From: Proteromonas lacertae
Taxonomy: Eukaryota
Length of the DNA stretch: 64,000 bases
Direction of reading: 5' to 3'
NCBI GenBank assembly: GCA_002245135.1
Contig: NGBS01000872.1
Span: forward strand, 310,001-374,000
Below are positions 1 through 14,200 of the stretch, one piece after another (position 1 is the stretch's first letter; every line of letters begins with the position of its first letter). The translations under genes were made by a program, and so were the position numbers. The notes under the pieces were generated by a model. That model saw only the letters and a program-made list of their open reading frames with translations, ran no database searches and had not been told where the DNA came from.

Positions 1-988
1 GAATCATAAAACATCATTACCGCCATTATTATCTCCATTACCAAAATCACCATCAATTGATACTTCACAGAATCCATTAGCAAGAAAATTAACAGTGACA
101 AAACAATTAACAATCCCAACTTACAATAAAAAGACAATGGAATCAGTAGATACACCTCCAAGTAATCCATTATCACCAATGAACAGTACAATAAACAGTA
201 GAATGAATCCACCCAAATGTTCAGTGTTATTCCCTACAAATAGTAACAGCAATACAAATAATACAAACATATTAGAATCTTCAGCGACTTATTCCAAATC
301 AGCAGGAGGAGGTTTCTTACACAATAAAATGGGTAATACAAAATCAGTGGATAGTGGTAATATGTCATCTCTTCATGATACAATTATAGTTCCAACATTA
401 ACACCAATTCCAGATTATAAGGATGATGAAGCAATTGATAATGAAGAAAGAGAAGAAGAAGGATATAAACCAATGGGTATATTAGAGTTTATGCAAGAAG
501 ATCAATCATTAAGAACAAAACCAAAGAGAGATGATAGAGTAAGCACTTTTGGAATGCCCAGTATATTAGAGAGTAGAGGAGCTTCACCAAAACAAGAAGA
601 AAATGAAAATAAACTTGAAGATGTAAATGAAGAAAATGATGATGGAGAAGAAGAAGAAGTAAAATTAGAGAATGAAACAAAGAAAGGAACTGTTGTGGAA
701 GATTTGAAAGAAGATAATGATAAAGAGAAAGAGAAAGATGGAACAACTGTGGAATTAGTACCAAGTGATGAAGATGAAAGAAAATCAATAAGAAGAATGA
801 GTACTAATGACATTAATCATAAATCATCAAGTTCAGCAAGTGCAACTTCAAAAGTAACAGGAAGTGATAGTACTAAAGTTACAACAGAAACAGATACATC
901 CAATTCTCAACATTCATTCAATAGATCAATGCCTGATAGTACTTTACAAGATAATAATACAACTCCAGAAGGTTCAAATAATGAATAA
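1..988 (+). CDS. 3' part of a low-complexity Ser/Thr/Glu/Asn-rich protein (5' end outside window)
   Basis: Open frame runs from the window edge to TAA at 986-988, with a T/G-rich tract (1049-1063) downstream. No recognisable domain. Confidence 0.7.
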   Translation, partial: NHKTSLPPLLSPLPKSPSIDTSQNPLARKLTVTKQLTIPTYNKKTMESVDTPPSNPLSPMNSTINSRMNPPKCSVLFPTNSNSNTNNTNILESSATYSKSAGGGFLHNKMGNTKSVDSGNMSSLHDTIIVPTLTPIPDYKDDEAIDNEEREEEGYKPMGILEFMQEDQSLRTKPKRDDRVSTFGMPSILESRGASPKQEENENKLEDVNEENDDGEEEEVKLENETKKGTVVEDLKEDNDKEKEKDGTTVELVPSDEDERKSIRRMSTNDINHKSSSSASATSKVTGSDSTKVTTETDTSNSQHSFNRSMPDSTLQDNNTTPEGSNNE

Positions 989-1118
989 TTTTAAATTTCA
1001 AAATTTAATTTGTGCATATAAACATATGTAATTTTCAATTCTTTTTTTCTGTTTTGTTTGTTTGGATAAAAAAAGAAAAGAAAATAATAAAAAACGGACA
1101 TATTTTTTGAACAATATA

Positions 1119-2081
1119 ATGTCTGGTCAATCAGGCGATGCACTTGATATAAACTGGGATGAGGATGTGGACTTACTTAGAGGTATGAACAATTTGATAA
1201 TAATCATAGCTGCTTCTGAAGATGAGGATGAAATAGATGAAAATGAGGAAAATGTTGAAGAAGAAGATGTTAAACTATCAAATGAAGTAGGAGTAAAACG
1301 AAAAAGAGATGAAAAAGAAACAAAAGGTATTATTTATAGATTAATATAATAGAAAAGAAGAAGAAACATAAAAAAGCCCCACAACAACGTTTATCAGAAA
1401 CACTATTGCTATCAAAATCAAATAAAGAAATAGTATCACATTATTTATTAATAATTAGAGAAATATATTTAATGAAGCATGTAAATCTAGTTTGGGTGAA
1501 ACAATCCCAGGATTCAATTTTGAACAATTAAAACAATGTATTTAATTTATTTTATATGCTTTAGACAATCCTTTCAAAAATCTCAAATATAATGGAATAG
1601 AAAACATAGTTAAATGTATTCAAGAGAATATTCCAGACTGTAGAACACTATTTACATTCAATAAAACTAAAAAAGATGATGTTGCTGAGTATTATAAATA
1701 TCCTTATCTATACATAGTCCTTATGTTTTAATCCTATCATCTTCAGCTATACAATGCTTGTCTGTAATAAAGAAATTAAAAACTTTCAATTGCAAAATAC
1801 CCAAATTATTTGCAAAGCATTTTTCATTAGAAAAGCAGAAAGAGATGTTGAAATATTTTGTTCCAATTTGTTGTGGTACTCCAAATAGAATAATGAAATT
1901 AATAGAAGAAGGGTGTTTACATTTAGACAATTTGAAATTAATTGTGTTTGATTTGACAAAGGATGAAAAGACATTCACATTACTAGATATAAAGACAATG
2001 TTATATGATTTGTCAGTGTTATATGCGAAGTATTTATTTATTCAATGTCAACATAATAATTCACAAATCGTTTTGTTGTAA
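1119..2081 (+). CDS. CMS1: Cms1/CMSS1-like 90S pre-ribosome factor (degenerate DEAD-box-like fold), multi-exon
   Basis: ATG at 1119; introns include 1183-1209 (27 nt) and 1327-1352 (26 nt). Acidic N-terminus, then LILSSSAIQC...IPKLFAKHFSLEKQ...CGTPNRIMKLIEEGCLHLDNLKLIVFD, matching Cms1 family motifs. Confidence 0.8.
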
Positions 2082-2184
2082 TTCAATTTGTTTTGTGGGA
2101 TTTACATATAACTAACATATAAATATTTCAACATATACATATGATAACAAAAAATTTATACTAAAGATACCCCATTTAGTTTTT

Positions 2185-3207
2185 CTACTCTTCAACTGGC
2201 TTTGCCTCTTCTTCAGGTTTTGGTTCTTCTGATTTAGGTTCTTCAGCAGCTGGCTGTGGTGGCTCTTCTACTTTAGGTGGTTCTTCTGGTTTAACTTTTT
2301 CTTCTTCAGTTGGTTTTTCTTCAGCAGGTTTTTCTGGAGTGGGTGCTGCTGGCGGAGGTGGTGGAGGAGGAGGTGGTGTTCCTCTGCCTGACAATGGAGG
2401 TGGAGCTCCTGGTAATGGTGGTGGAACTGCACCTCTTGCAGGTAATGGAGGAGGAACAGCTCCTCTAGCTGGAAGTGGAGGTGGAGCACCGCCTGGAAGT
2501 GGTGGAGCAACACCTCTGCCTGGTAATGGAGGTGGTGCACCAGGCACTGGAGGAGGAGCACCTGGAACTGGAGGATAACCAGGATATTGCATTGGTGGTT
2601 GTTGGAAATAATGTGCAACTGGAGGAGGTGGTGGAGCTGGTCTAGTAACATTCTTTTGTTGTACATGTACTGGTATTGCACCTGGTGGTAGTTCTACTGG
2701 CGGTACAAATGCTGGTACTCCCATATTAAATGGCACTGTGTTTGGTAATGGAGGTGGAACACCAGGAACTGGAGGAGGAGCTCCTCGAGATGGTAATTGT
2801 GGTGGGACACCAGGGAGTGGAGGCGGAGCACCAGGAACTGGTGGTGGAGCGCCTCTAGCAGGTAATGGAGGAGGTGGTCCTGGAAGTGGAGGTGGAGCTC
2901 CTGGAACTGGCGGAGGTGTTGCTTTAGCTGGTAGTTCTGGTTTTGCAGGTGGAGGAGGTGGAGGAGGAGCTGCAGCTGCAGACTGTAGCAGTATTAGCAG
3001 CTTCGGATGGAACAGGTTGTTCTGCTGGTGTAGATTCTGTAGTAAGAATTGGAACTACTTCTGGATTAGTTGCTGGAGCTTCCTAATAAAAAAATAAACA
3101 CTATCAAGATACAGTAGGATTTACTTCAGAGGGACCTTCAGTCTATTCGATATATAAGAAAATTATCATACTGGATTAGCTGTGGGATCAGTTTCTGGTT
3201 GAGACAT
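2185..3207 (-). CDS. Proline-rich protein (verprolin/FH1-like PPPLPxRG repeats) with Glu-rich tail
   Basis: ATG at 3207, two short 5' introns, repeated [15 protein letters not shown] units, TAG at 2185-2187. One extra base near 2982 must be removed to keep the frame. Confidence 0.7.
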
Positions 3208-3387
3208 TTTAAAGATTTCTAATAAATAACTTGGCTTGAGAAAAACCAAAAATAATAAACACAAACAACATTTTACTTTTATATCCTTATTATATAGTAA
3301 TAAAATGTATTATATCGATATTTTAATTCATCAATACAAGAAAATTATTTAATTACAAATTAAATATTCATACTTTATACAAATCAT

Positions 3388-4845
3388 TTACCTATCACTA
3401 GAATCATACTCTGATGTTGTAATTGCATTATTTGAAGTAATATGAGAAGTTTGCAATCTAGTTGAAAATGTTCCACCTGAAGAATCATTTTCAGCAGGCA
3501 ATCTGTGGTTACTATGATCTGAAGCTACAAAATACGAATCAAATGTCAAAGTAATAGCATCAGAGTTAATTATTCCATAATCAAGGTTAGGATCTGATTT
3601 CTTTGTATCACTTCTAGTACAATCATATCTGTTATAAAAATATTTGGGAGATTTGCTGGATCTAATAATAGGATGTGTATGTGATTGCAAAGGTATTGTT
3701 GATTCTTCCATTATTCCTTGAGATAATGAAGAAGGTGATGTTGATATTGATCTAAGTTGTGTGTTTGTTATTCTGAGGTAATATCTACTAATAAATGGCC
3801 TTACATCAACCATAATTGGCAATTGTTCTGGTGTATAGTTCTCTATATACAAATAAACATATATTTTCAATTTATAATATACTGAATAAATATGAATATA
3901 ATATCTTATGAAACAAATACATTGGTTCTACTAATTCAGTAAAATCATGTACTAATTTATAGAATCCACCCCTTGTTAATATTGTGGTTGATTCATATTC
4001 ATATTTCTCGACTATGTCTCTATATGTTGGTGGAAGATTATTAGGAAGAGATGGCAAACTGTCTATTCAATAATAATAAAAATAAAAATAAATAAATAAA
4101 TATATATATATATACTAAAGAATGTGGTTATTTGATTCTCTGATAGTGTATCGCTAGAATCTGTATCAAGAATATTAAATATTACTATTTAATTATAATA
4201 TATATATAAAGTGTTTCTATACTATCCAATAGATGTTTTGGTCTTGCGAATATAATCAATAATGAAGTAAGAAAGAACTCATTCCATGTGATTCTATCTC
4301 TTAGACAAATATCATATAAAAACCATATAAAATCAATGAATGGTGACTTCATATAATCTCCAAATAAATATGTAAAATCATCTCTTGTTATTGTTGCTGA
4401 AAAGAGTGATTTTATACCATTAAACATTGAATTTAGTAGAGAAATATCTTCAGACGTTACTATATATATATTAATAGAATATTTATTCTATACTATTAGA
4501 GGATTGTATAAGATGTAACGATTCTTCTGACAGATCTCTTACAGGTGATACTCCAAAAGGATGAAATACTCTATGCACAGTTGATTTAAATTTAGACTAT
4601 AATATATAAAACACAGATGCAAATACAAATCGAGATTCTAAATCTGGATAATCTGCTATACTAATATCTGGTTGATCAGTGACTAAAATGAATAAATATT
4701 ATATCAAATACAGTATGAGTAAGAAGAAGCTCTTCTTGAACTATTATAACTACGATCCACATCATTTAGAGAGTTATTATTTGTATTATCATCAACATCA
4801 CTCTCATAATTCTACAAATGAAGATGAGAATTATACTGAATCCAT
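3388..4845 (-). CDS. Multi-exon protein with a calcineurin-B/recoverin-like (EF-hand-like) region
   Basis: ATG GAT TCA followed by a 25-nt GT-AG intron. Exons read EDISLLNSMF...ITRDDF...RITWNEFF...FNILDTDSSDTIRE. The domain call is weak. Confidence 0.5.
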
Positions 4846-4929
4846 AGAAGAAGAAAATGGATTATAGAAAAATGATTAAAAAATATATGCGTTACACAAC
4901 ACAAAAAAATGAACAACCATAAATAATTA

Positions 4930-5970
4930 TTAAATATTATACCTTTTCCTAATTAACTCATCATCTTCTCGTTCTATTAAAGATAGAATAACTAAATACA
5001 TACTTAATTCTTCAATATCAGTTTTATAAATATCATACAATTCGTAGTATTTCTAATAAAAAAATTATAAATATTTATATAATACATTCAATAAATCAGT
5101 AGCAGCTTTATAAATTGGATCACCTGGATTATTATAGGCATGAGCATTCTTCACAAGCAGATCTATATCATTTTCAAATTTTAAATAGGTTGTATATTCT
5201 AAATTCTCGCATTTCTCTTTTATTGTCATTAAATCAATTGGATTTTTTATTTTACTGTAATAATCTGGACATACTTTCCTACAATATTCTGGAGTCAATT
5301 TCTAATACCATAATATTATAATATATACAGCTACAAATGGATTTCCTATATGTAACCAATACATTTTAAACAATTCATCTATTATATTCATAATTATTCC
5401 TCTTTTCTATTAATTGCATATATGTATATATATATAAAGTGATAATACTGTTTTTGCTGAATATTGATATTCATAATCATCAAAATTTATTCTTTCAATA
5501 TTCTCTAAATTCTTTTTGAGCATTTTCGTTGTTGACTATTTGATTATAATATAATATGAATATATACTTCAGTAATTGTACCGTATCCATCACAATGAAA
5601 TTGTAATAACTGTGTCATTGTTAAAGATCTAGTTGGAATTTGATCTTCTCTATTCATATATTGGAATGGAATTACAGCAACTATAATTTATTCATATAAT
5701 ATGTTTAGCTATACCCTTGAAATCAACATCATGAGTTTGACCATATTTATTCTCATTGTCATTTTCATACACAAATTGTCTTAAAGTTGAAGCATAATCT
5801 GATGGAGGATTCTGAATTTCAATAGTAGATTATAAATATACTTTAGTCTTAGCTTTAGCTAATTCGTTGACAAGGTTATATGTTTCAAATAAATTAGACC
5901 CACTATTACTTTCAGTTGCAATACTACTCCTATCAAGCCTCATATATAGGTTATCTGATTGAAAACTCAT
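4930..5970 (-). CDS. Bromodomain-containing protein, multi-exon
   Basis: CPDYYSKIKNPIDLMTIKEK...FENDIDLLVKNAHAYNNPGDPIYKAA is a canonical bromodomain with the conserved Asn. ATG at 5970, TAA at 4930-4932. Confidence 0.8.
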
Positions 5971-6149
5971 GAAAAAAAGAATAAAGTGATTTCAAACCTG
6001 TTTGAGTAATATCAAACATATCGGCTTGTCAAAAATGTATTTTTGTCTTTTTTCCCATTAAACAAATATATTTAAACACTATAGATTTGATAATTTATTA
6101 TTTGACATAAAAGTTACATAATACAGCAATCATTACACTTCTTTTTACC

Positions 6150-7180
6150 CTATTAGCTATTATAAATTATAAAATTATAAAAAAGTATAATAAAATAACT
6201 ATATCTATAAATACTTTATGTACAGTTTGGTTAATTAAATTATTATTATTATAGTAATTTAATTTGTCTAACATTTCAAGTGATAATCCCTCAAAAGGGT
6301 TTTGTTGAAGCGTTGCAGGATAATAATAAGGACCATGATTTCTTGTTGTAGATTTTGCTGGATAAAATATGAACCCTGGCTGAATTTTAGCTAAAACTTG
6401 AACTTGACTTGGGTTTTCACTGTTAAATAATATAAATGAATTTGATTTGAAATAAAATAACCATTTACCCCATGCAAAACTACCTTCCATTACATAAAAA
6501 CCTTCTGTTAAACCATTGTACTCTGGTGAATTATGTAATTTTTGACTGGTTCTTGTTGCACTACTGTAAATGCAAGTATCTTCAACTCCTGTTGATTTGT
6601 ATCTGAACCATCCATTACTGGAATATGCAATCTCTATACAACATCCATCTTTATGCAATATATAACAATAAGAAGGTGAATTCTATTAAATTTATAGCTA
6701 GAGAAAATACATCACAAAACACTTTCCAATCACCAAAACGATATACTCCTGCTGGTAAAGGAGGATTTGAAGCAAATCTTTTGTTTATAATATACCTATT
6801 AAGACTAGACCACTATAATAATACTCTGAATATTCGAATAATTCTTCTTGGTTGCGAATAAAATGGTGATGCAGCAAAAAGTCTATAGTTATCATACCAA
6901 CTGCATATGAGATGATTGTTAGAAAGAGTACCCAATGTGTTTCTGTCTTTTTCCTGGATCAAATTCCCTTTTGAATATCATTTCCCACATGAATTCATCA
7001 AGTGAAGCTTTTCGCCATCTTAATCAACAAATGAGGTTAAATTAAAAGAAAGTACCTATCTGAAACATTTTTGCATACATATAAATCACTTGGCGATAAG
7101 AATTCTAAAACAGTCTATTAGAGAAGAATAAATGTGTTGCATGACATACAGTTAAGATCCAATGCCTGATTTATGGACAT
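6150..7180 (-). CDS. Probable F-box protein (boundaries approximate)
   Basis: Spliced N-terminus reads TVLEFLSPSDLYVCKNVSDRWRKASLDEFMWEMIF, which is F-box-like. It links to ORF 6167-6658. The 3' end and frame are uncertain. Confidence 0.5.
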
Positions 7181-7339
7181 GCTATTAATTTGTATAAACT
7201 AGAAATGAAGAAAACACAAAAAATAGTTGAAAAAAGAAGAGGATTTAAAACAAACAAAATGATAAGTTATGGATCCTTCATGTATGGTGCAGAAATAAAC
7301 AACCCAAACAAACAATAGAAAACATAACTAAGTTTCAAT

Positions 7340-8129
7340 TTACTCTTTCTTTTCTCTTAACTTTTCATCTTCATTAATGATCATTAATGAAGAACGGTAT
7401 AAAGCAATAAGACTGATAATCTAAAAATATATAAATACATCACAAATATACTTGTTTAAGAATAAATACAATACCACACCAAGCTGTACAAGCAACAAAA
7501 ACTTGGTATAAAGTTCCTTCCATTTTTCTATTCAAATTTTTAATACTTGTGATAATTTATACACAAATTTGTACATATAGATAAGTACAAAGAATGCTTC
7601 ATTGAAGAAACAAACCAGGAATAACACTGGACGACTTGTATAATACATTCTTAAAATCCAAGGATCATTTTCACCCATATTTTTGTGACTACCCATTTTA
7701 CAAACTTGACTACAGTACATTTGAACCCAGTGACTACCAACATCTAATATCATACACATTGTCCAGAAGAATCTGTATTCTTTATATAAATGGGATAAGA
7801 TTAATAATAAACCAGCTGTACAGATACTATATACATATTAATTATAATTTATATACCGATCAGTAACCATATCGAGAAGTGCTCCAAATTGAGAACCTAT
7901 TTCCTTATAAAAAAAAAAAATCTTACATTGTCCAAGAGCTCTTGCAGCTGTGCCATCCAATGCATCTGCTATATAACTCATTGAATATAATGTCATGAAA
8001 ACCCTATTCAATAGCATGAATCAAAATATACCAAGGTTTATCATATGCGTAGTATATAGCTAATATTCCTGTAATTACACGGAAATATCCAATTAAATTT
8101 GCTGCAAACAAATAAACTGGCACTGCCAT
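7340..8129 (-). CDS. PIS1: CDP-diacylglycerol-inositol 3-phosphatidyltransferase (phosphatidylinositol synthase)
   Basis: ANLIGYFRV and the CDP-alcohol phosphotransferase motif DALDGTAARALGQCSQFGALLDMVTDR (across introns), then LDVGSHWVQMY and SHK. One extra base near 7790. Confidence 0.9.
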
Positions 8130-8281
8130 TGATGAAGAAATGAAAAAGAAAAGTTTAAAAAAACTTGAAAAAGCTTGACAATAGTTTTTTATTTTGTTAT
8201 TTTTCTCCATAATAAAACAAATAATAGAATTATAGTCAATAATAAAAGTAATATAATTGCGCACTAATCCATGTAGTCAAT

Positions 8282-11200
8282 TTATTTTGCTGAAGTTACT
8301 GGTTTCTTAATTCTTGAAGATGCTCTTTTTGTTCCTGTTGTGGATGTTGGTTTTTTATCACCTGCTGGTTGAACTGGTGGTGCTAATCCTGATGGTAATT
8401 GTTGACTTGCTCTTTTCTTAAATGCGGCAGCTGGAGAAGCTGTTGTTGTAGCTATTTTTTGAGATTGTCTTTTCTTTGTCATTTCACTAGAAGGAGGAGC
8501 TGTTTTCTTTAAATCATCGTGAGTCTTGTTTGATGCAGGTTGAGGTATAGCACTTGGCTTATTTGAGCCAGGTTTAGATGGTGGTAATGTTGATGATTTT
8601 TTCATTGTTCCAGATCCAGATTGTTTTGTTTTAGCATTACCTTTAACTTGAAGTGTTTTAACTGGACCTTTTGCTGGTTGTTTTACCACTTTCTTGGTTT
8701 CAGCAGCTGGTTTCTCTGGAGTAGAAGCATTACTAGCATTATTTGCTGAAGCTGTTGGTTTTGATGCTGTTGGCTTAGCTTGAGTATTTGTTGTTGTAGG
8801 TTTTGCTGTATTAGTTGTAGGTTTTGATTGAGTATTTGTTGGTTTTGTTGGTGTTTCTTCTTTCTTTGTAGATGCTGATGATGATGCTGGTGGTAATGGC
8901 TTTATTGGAGTAACAGCTGGAGCAGCTGGTATTGAACCTTTAGAAGGTGATTGACTTGGAGTGTGTTGTGCTAATGAGAAATCTTTAATATATTCATCTA
9001 ATCTATGTCTTTCATAAGGTTCTTCAGGTGGATGATGATATACTTGTGGTGGAATTTCAACCATATGTTCTTCATTATTAATTAAAAAATTCTCATAATC
9101 ACCAGATGTTAATATACATTTCATATCGTTTGTTTTTAATATTAAATTAGTGTGTAATGAAGTAGAAACAACTGGAATATCACCAGCTGTTGAATTTGAT
9201 ATTGCAAATCTAGTATTTACTGTTGTTCTCTTTAAGAATTCCATGATTGGAATAACTACATTCAAATCAAATGGATATTCAGCATTTCCATCAATCATAG
9301 TAATCTTAGATTTAGAATCTTCTGGAATACTTACAGGGAAATCAAATTGTTGAGTTAATTTACCATTATCAATTTTACTTGTTACTATTTGCTTCTGTTT
9401 TGGTTTTCCTTTATGAATACGAGGTGGTAAAATAATATCAGTAGATGCTACTGGCTTCATTGATAGTAACTGTTTCCATGGTTCATATGAATTAGATATA
9501 CCACATTTCAATAATAACGCTAATACTCTACTACATGCATATTTCAATGATTCATAATAATCTTGACAACATAATACCAATATCTTTGAAACACAATTAT
9601 AAGTCATTAAATCAGCGAATGATATTGCAGGTAAGATTGTTTGATTGATTATATTACTGGATGACTTGGCTATGGTTATATAATATTCATCAATGTCACT
9701 TTGTAACTTCTTTTGTTCATCATCATGCATAAATTGTGCTTTTTCTGCTAGTGTTTTGATCTTTGTCATTAATATGTCATATTCTGACTCTGAATTCATA
9801 CTGAATCTTAATTCATTACCTTGTACTTCCATTATTAAACCAGTTGTCATATTTCCACTTGCTTCTTTCACTTTTGATACTTTTGCATTGTAATAACCAT
9901 ATGAACGACTTGGCCATTCATCATCAGATTTGTCAAATTGCCATACTGCTTCATCACTTATTGTAAAATAAGTTCTTTGGAATGATCCATCTACTTTAAT
10001 TGCACATTCACGTGGAACTCTAATCAATAATAATTATCATTATATATATATATACAATGGTATAACTTGAATTCTTTGTTTTATTGGGAATATTCCTCTG
10101 TTCAATCTTTCAGCTATTAAATTCATTGCTTTTTCTATTAATTCAAGATCTCTAGAATCTAATATTGCATAGATTAACTCATTTGGATAACAATGGAAGA
10201 TATTCTCACAATATTCACTATATAAAAGTATAGAATATTATAATAATTATACATATTATTTTCTCCCAAGAATATTTTATGTAAATATCTTTCAGTTCTA
10301 TTCCTTATATATTTATCTTTATTATTCAATCCTTGAGTTAACAATTGAATATATTCTGGACAAGTGTACATTATATGAACAGCAATCATTGGAGATGGAA
10401 TTACTACTTCAGACATTCTGATTAACTCATAATTCAATAAAGGGTCATTAGCAAAGTTCTTAACAAATTCAGTGTAATTCTTATAGAAATAAGTGAAGAA
10501 ATAGCAAGCAACTATTGGATGTTCAATCATATTGTTAATTAATTGGAATGCTAATAATATTGTCTGAATATTCGTCAAATTGGGAATACAATTCATTGTG
10601 GAATATAATATACCATTTTCATACATTGCATGTTTAATATAAGGTATTTCAGATAATTCAATAAATAGATGTAATGCTTTATCTATAATCTCTTCCTGTT
10701 GCATATCAACTACATTTTTAAACATCATGGATAAAGCGAAATCTCCAAAATCCCAAATTGCTGTTTTACATAACTTATTATTAAAACACAATACATACAG
10801 TGAATCACATAATAAACCATCACCAATAACTTCAGTATTATGTAACATCAGTGTAATTAAATCTTCCACTAATTGTTCCATTAATTTCAACTGTATAGCA
10901 ACTGTATTAGTTTGATGTAATATATTAATTATCATATCGTGGAAGAATTGGGTTAATGTGGTTAAGAAGTTTTTATTCACATAATTATTATCTTTTAAAC
11001 TCTTAATATAATCAGATTCAAATACTGATAATATCTTTGTCATTATTGTTGATTCACTATCTTTCTTGTATTTTGTTAAGAAATAGTTTGTGTTACTATT
11101 GCTGCTGTTATTAGCTTGTGTAATTAATGTCGCTGCTACATCTTCTAATATACCACGCACATTATGTTTCAGAGTGTAATGGAATATATACAACAACACT

Positions 11201-14200
11201 TCATATGATATAGAATCATAATTATAACCATGGAATATTTGAGCTAATTCATAACTAATAATCTCTTGATGTTCAAGAACTGGAGTATTCATAAGATAGA
11301 ATGTTGATTTTATATTATCTTTACTTGATACAATTGTATTTCTCATTCCCACTGGATCTGTATCAATTAACATATGAAGATATTTAGCATAAGATACACA
11401 ACAATATGATAAATAGATTTTATCTTCAATATACTGTAAATATGGAATTAATGATAATATATCATTCAAATTAATACAAAACATTAAATCATCCTTTGTA
11501 TCTACTGGTGTAGATGGTTCATCAGTTGTTATTGGTGATTCTAAAGGTTGAGATGTTGAAATAGCAAATAATGGTAATGAGAATAGGAAGAATGATGAAT
11601 GTGAACGATATTGAGCAACATTGATCGTAATATTATTTACTTTCTTTGAATATAACTATATAAAATATATAAAATAATGTATAAATACTCTATGTAAGTG
11701 ATCCATTACATTAAAACAATAAGAATGAGTAACTTCAAATAATCTTGTAGTAAAATGATCAGGATCTGGATCTTGTAACTTATTATTACATATTAAACAC
11801 CTATTAATTGACTGGTTGATGTTTAAACAACATTGACACATCCATAATGGAGTTGTAACACTATCTTTGAAATGAATTAATAAACCATCATAATTGAATT
11901 TTCTTAATTTCAGCTTTTCAACAGTCTCATTTCTTTGTAATTTGGCACTTATTTGGAATATTTGTTGGACTATTTGAATGATTAAATCCAATTGTTCATC
12001 AGTTAATTGCATATTCTGAGTTAATACATTTATGAATGAAATCATATAATACAATGGTTCTAAAATAAAATAAAATAATAAATATACGAATATCAACAAG
12101 TTGTGGTAATTGATCAGTGATAAATGTCAACAATTGAGTAATATTATCAGATGATAATACTAATGGAGAATAAGAGAAGTTAACATAATTACAAGGTTTT
12201 ACTTTACCAGGTTCTTTAGAAGCTCCTAACATCTTCTTTGAAGTAGCCATTGGTGTATTCATTGATGATTTGGGTGTAGATAATGATTTGGGTGTAGCAA
12301 CTCTTGGTGTATTCTCTATAACAGTTGATTCTATGATAGATTCATGTCTGACAAAATCAATTTCACCTTTGATTGTATCATCTAATGCATGATACCATTT
12401 CATTATAGCATCTTTATCTTGAATGGCGATAGTAACTGATGTTTTACCTTCATCTGGGGCTGTTACTGTTACATGGAAATCATCATAATTACCATCACTT
12501 GCTTTTCTTTCGATTGAACAATTGTGCAAATTAATACAGTATAATAATGTTGGAATTGTTCTATTCTCTTCTTGATAAATGAACAACATCTTTTCTGAGA
12601 TAAAACCAATACAAAATATCTTATTTTTACCTAATAACTTCGATTCTTCTACATAGAATCTACCTTGAACAAATGGTGTTTGTAATAAGCTTGATTCTAT
12701 TTGAAATGCTAAATTATATCTCTTTGTTAATGTATGATATAATAAAGACAACATATAAGAATCATTTATACCACACAAATTTGTAATTTGTTCATCAGTT
12801 ATAACATTGTATAAATAATTCGTTTTAGTTTCTAATAACTTCATATATATTTCTTCAAAGATATTTTTTATATATTGATATAATGATGGTTCTTGACACT
12901 TTACTCTATCATAGCAAGATGTAATCCATGTTAATTTACTATATTGTTGTAATAATGACTGCGATCCAATATCTCTAATATAATCATAAGCAAAAGTTAA
13001 AACACCTTTTAAGGTTCTAATATCATCACTTTGTAATAAACTCATTATATTCATAAACAATTCATTTTCACTCTTTTCAAAGTTACTTGTTTTGGGATAT
13101 AATGGTATTAATAATATATAACCTGATATACCTGTTTCATCTTTAAGCACAGCATTATTAGCTTTTGCACTAACAAATAACTGTTTTATTAACTTCAATA
13201 GTGTTTGATAGTCATAAACATTCTTCACTTTATCCAATAAAGATGGTTTAAATGTAATTAATGAAGCTAATACAGTAGTAATTGCACCATTTAACTTATA
13301 ATTATTAGAATCAGTCATTAAACTAGTAACTAATGGATCAATATTATCATAAGCACGAATAGCAGCTGTAATAGAATCAGTATCTGACATAATAACATGC
13401 ATTATAATATCAGCACATAAGATTCGAGTTTTATATGATTTACCATCAGATATCATTTGGAATAAATACACTAAATCACCTTGAATTGTATGTTCTTTAT
13501 TATTGTTATTTGGTGTATCTAAGACAACTTTAATTGAATATTCATTATGTGGTATAAATATGTATTTCAATAACCCTGATAATGGTTCGATTACATCATC
13601 ACAACTTAATACTGAAGCTTCATCTTTGTAATGCTATTTAGAAGTATATAATAATAATAATAATAATAATATATATATATATACGAATGTGACTTGGTTA
13701 GTTTCAATGTTGATTGATATACTGAATAACTTTGATACTCGAACATCTAATCAATTATTATAATATTAAATATATTTATACTTCTCATTAATACTAATTC
13801 AAGGTTATGACAAATATATGGAACTACTTTCATGTTGTTCGATTTAAAAATAGATATGATCTGAGTGAAATCAATATCTAATAATAAGAATATATCAGAT
13901 AATAAAATCTCCAATAGTTGATTGGCTTGAGGGTTTGATCTTGATGATAATTCATAAATAGCATTTAATTCTAATAAATAAATACATAACAACAACATAT
14001 ATATGTATACTATATTTGATAATGGCTTGAGATATTCTTATCTTATCTCTATCATTAGCTTTTGATATAATTGCAGCTGCTAATTGAAATATTGCTATAT
14101 CTACATATCTTTCTTTACCAGTGAATATCTTCTTATATTCTGTTGATAATAATGTCTTTATTAATGGTCTTTTAAAGTCCTTATCATTTCTTAATACCAT

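Noticed and set aside
2339..3097. Gly-rich plus-strand ORFs (2339-2578, 2738-3097)
   Set aside because: They are antisense shadows of the Pro-rich gene on the minus strand, which has the ATG, introns and promoter motif.
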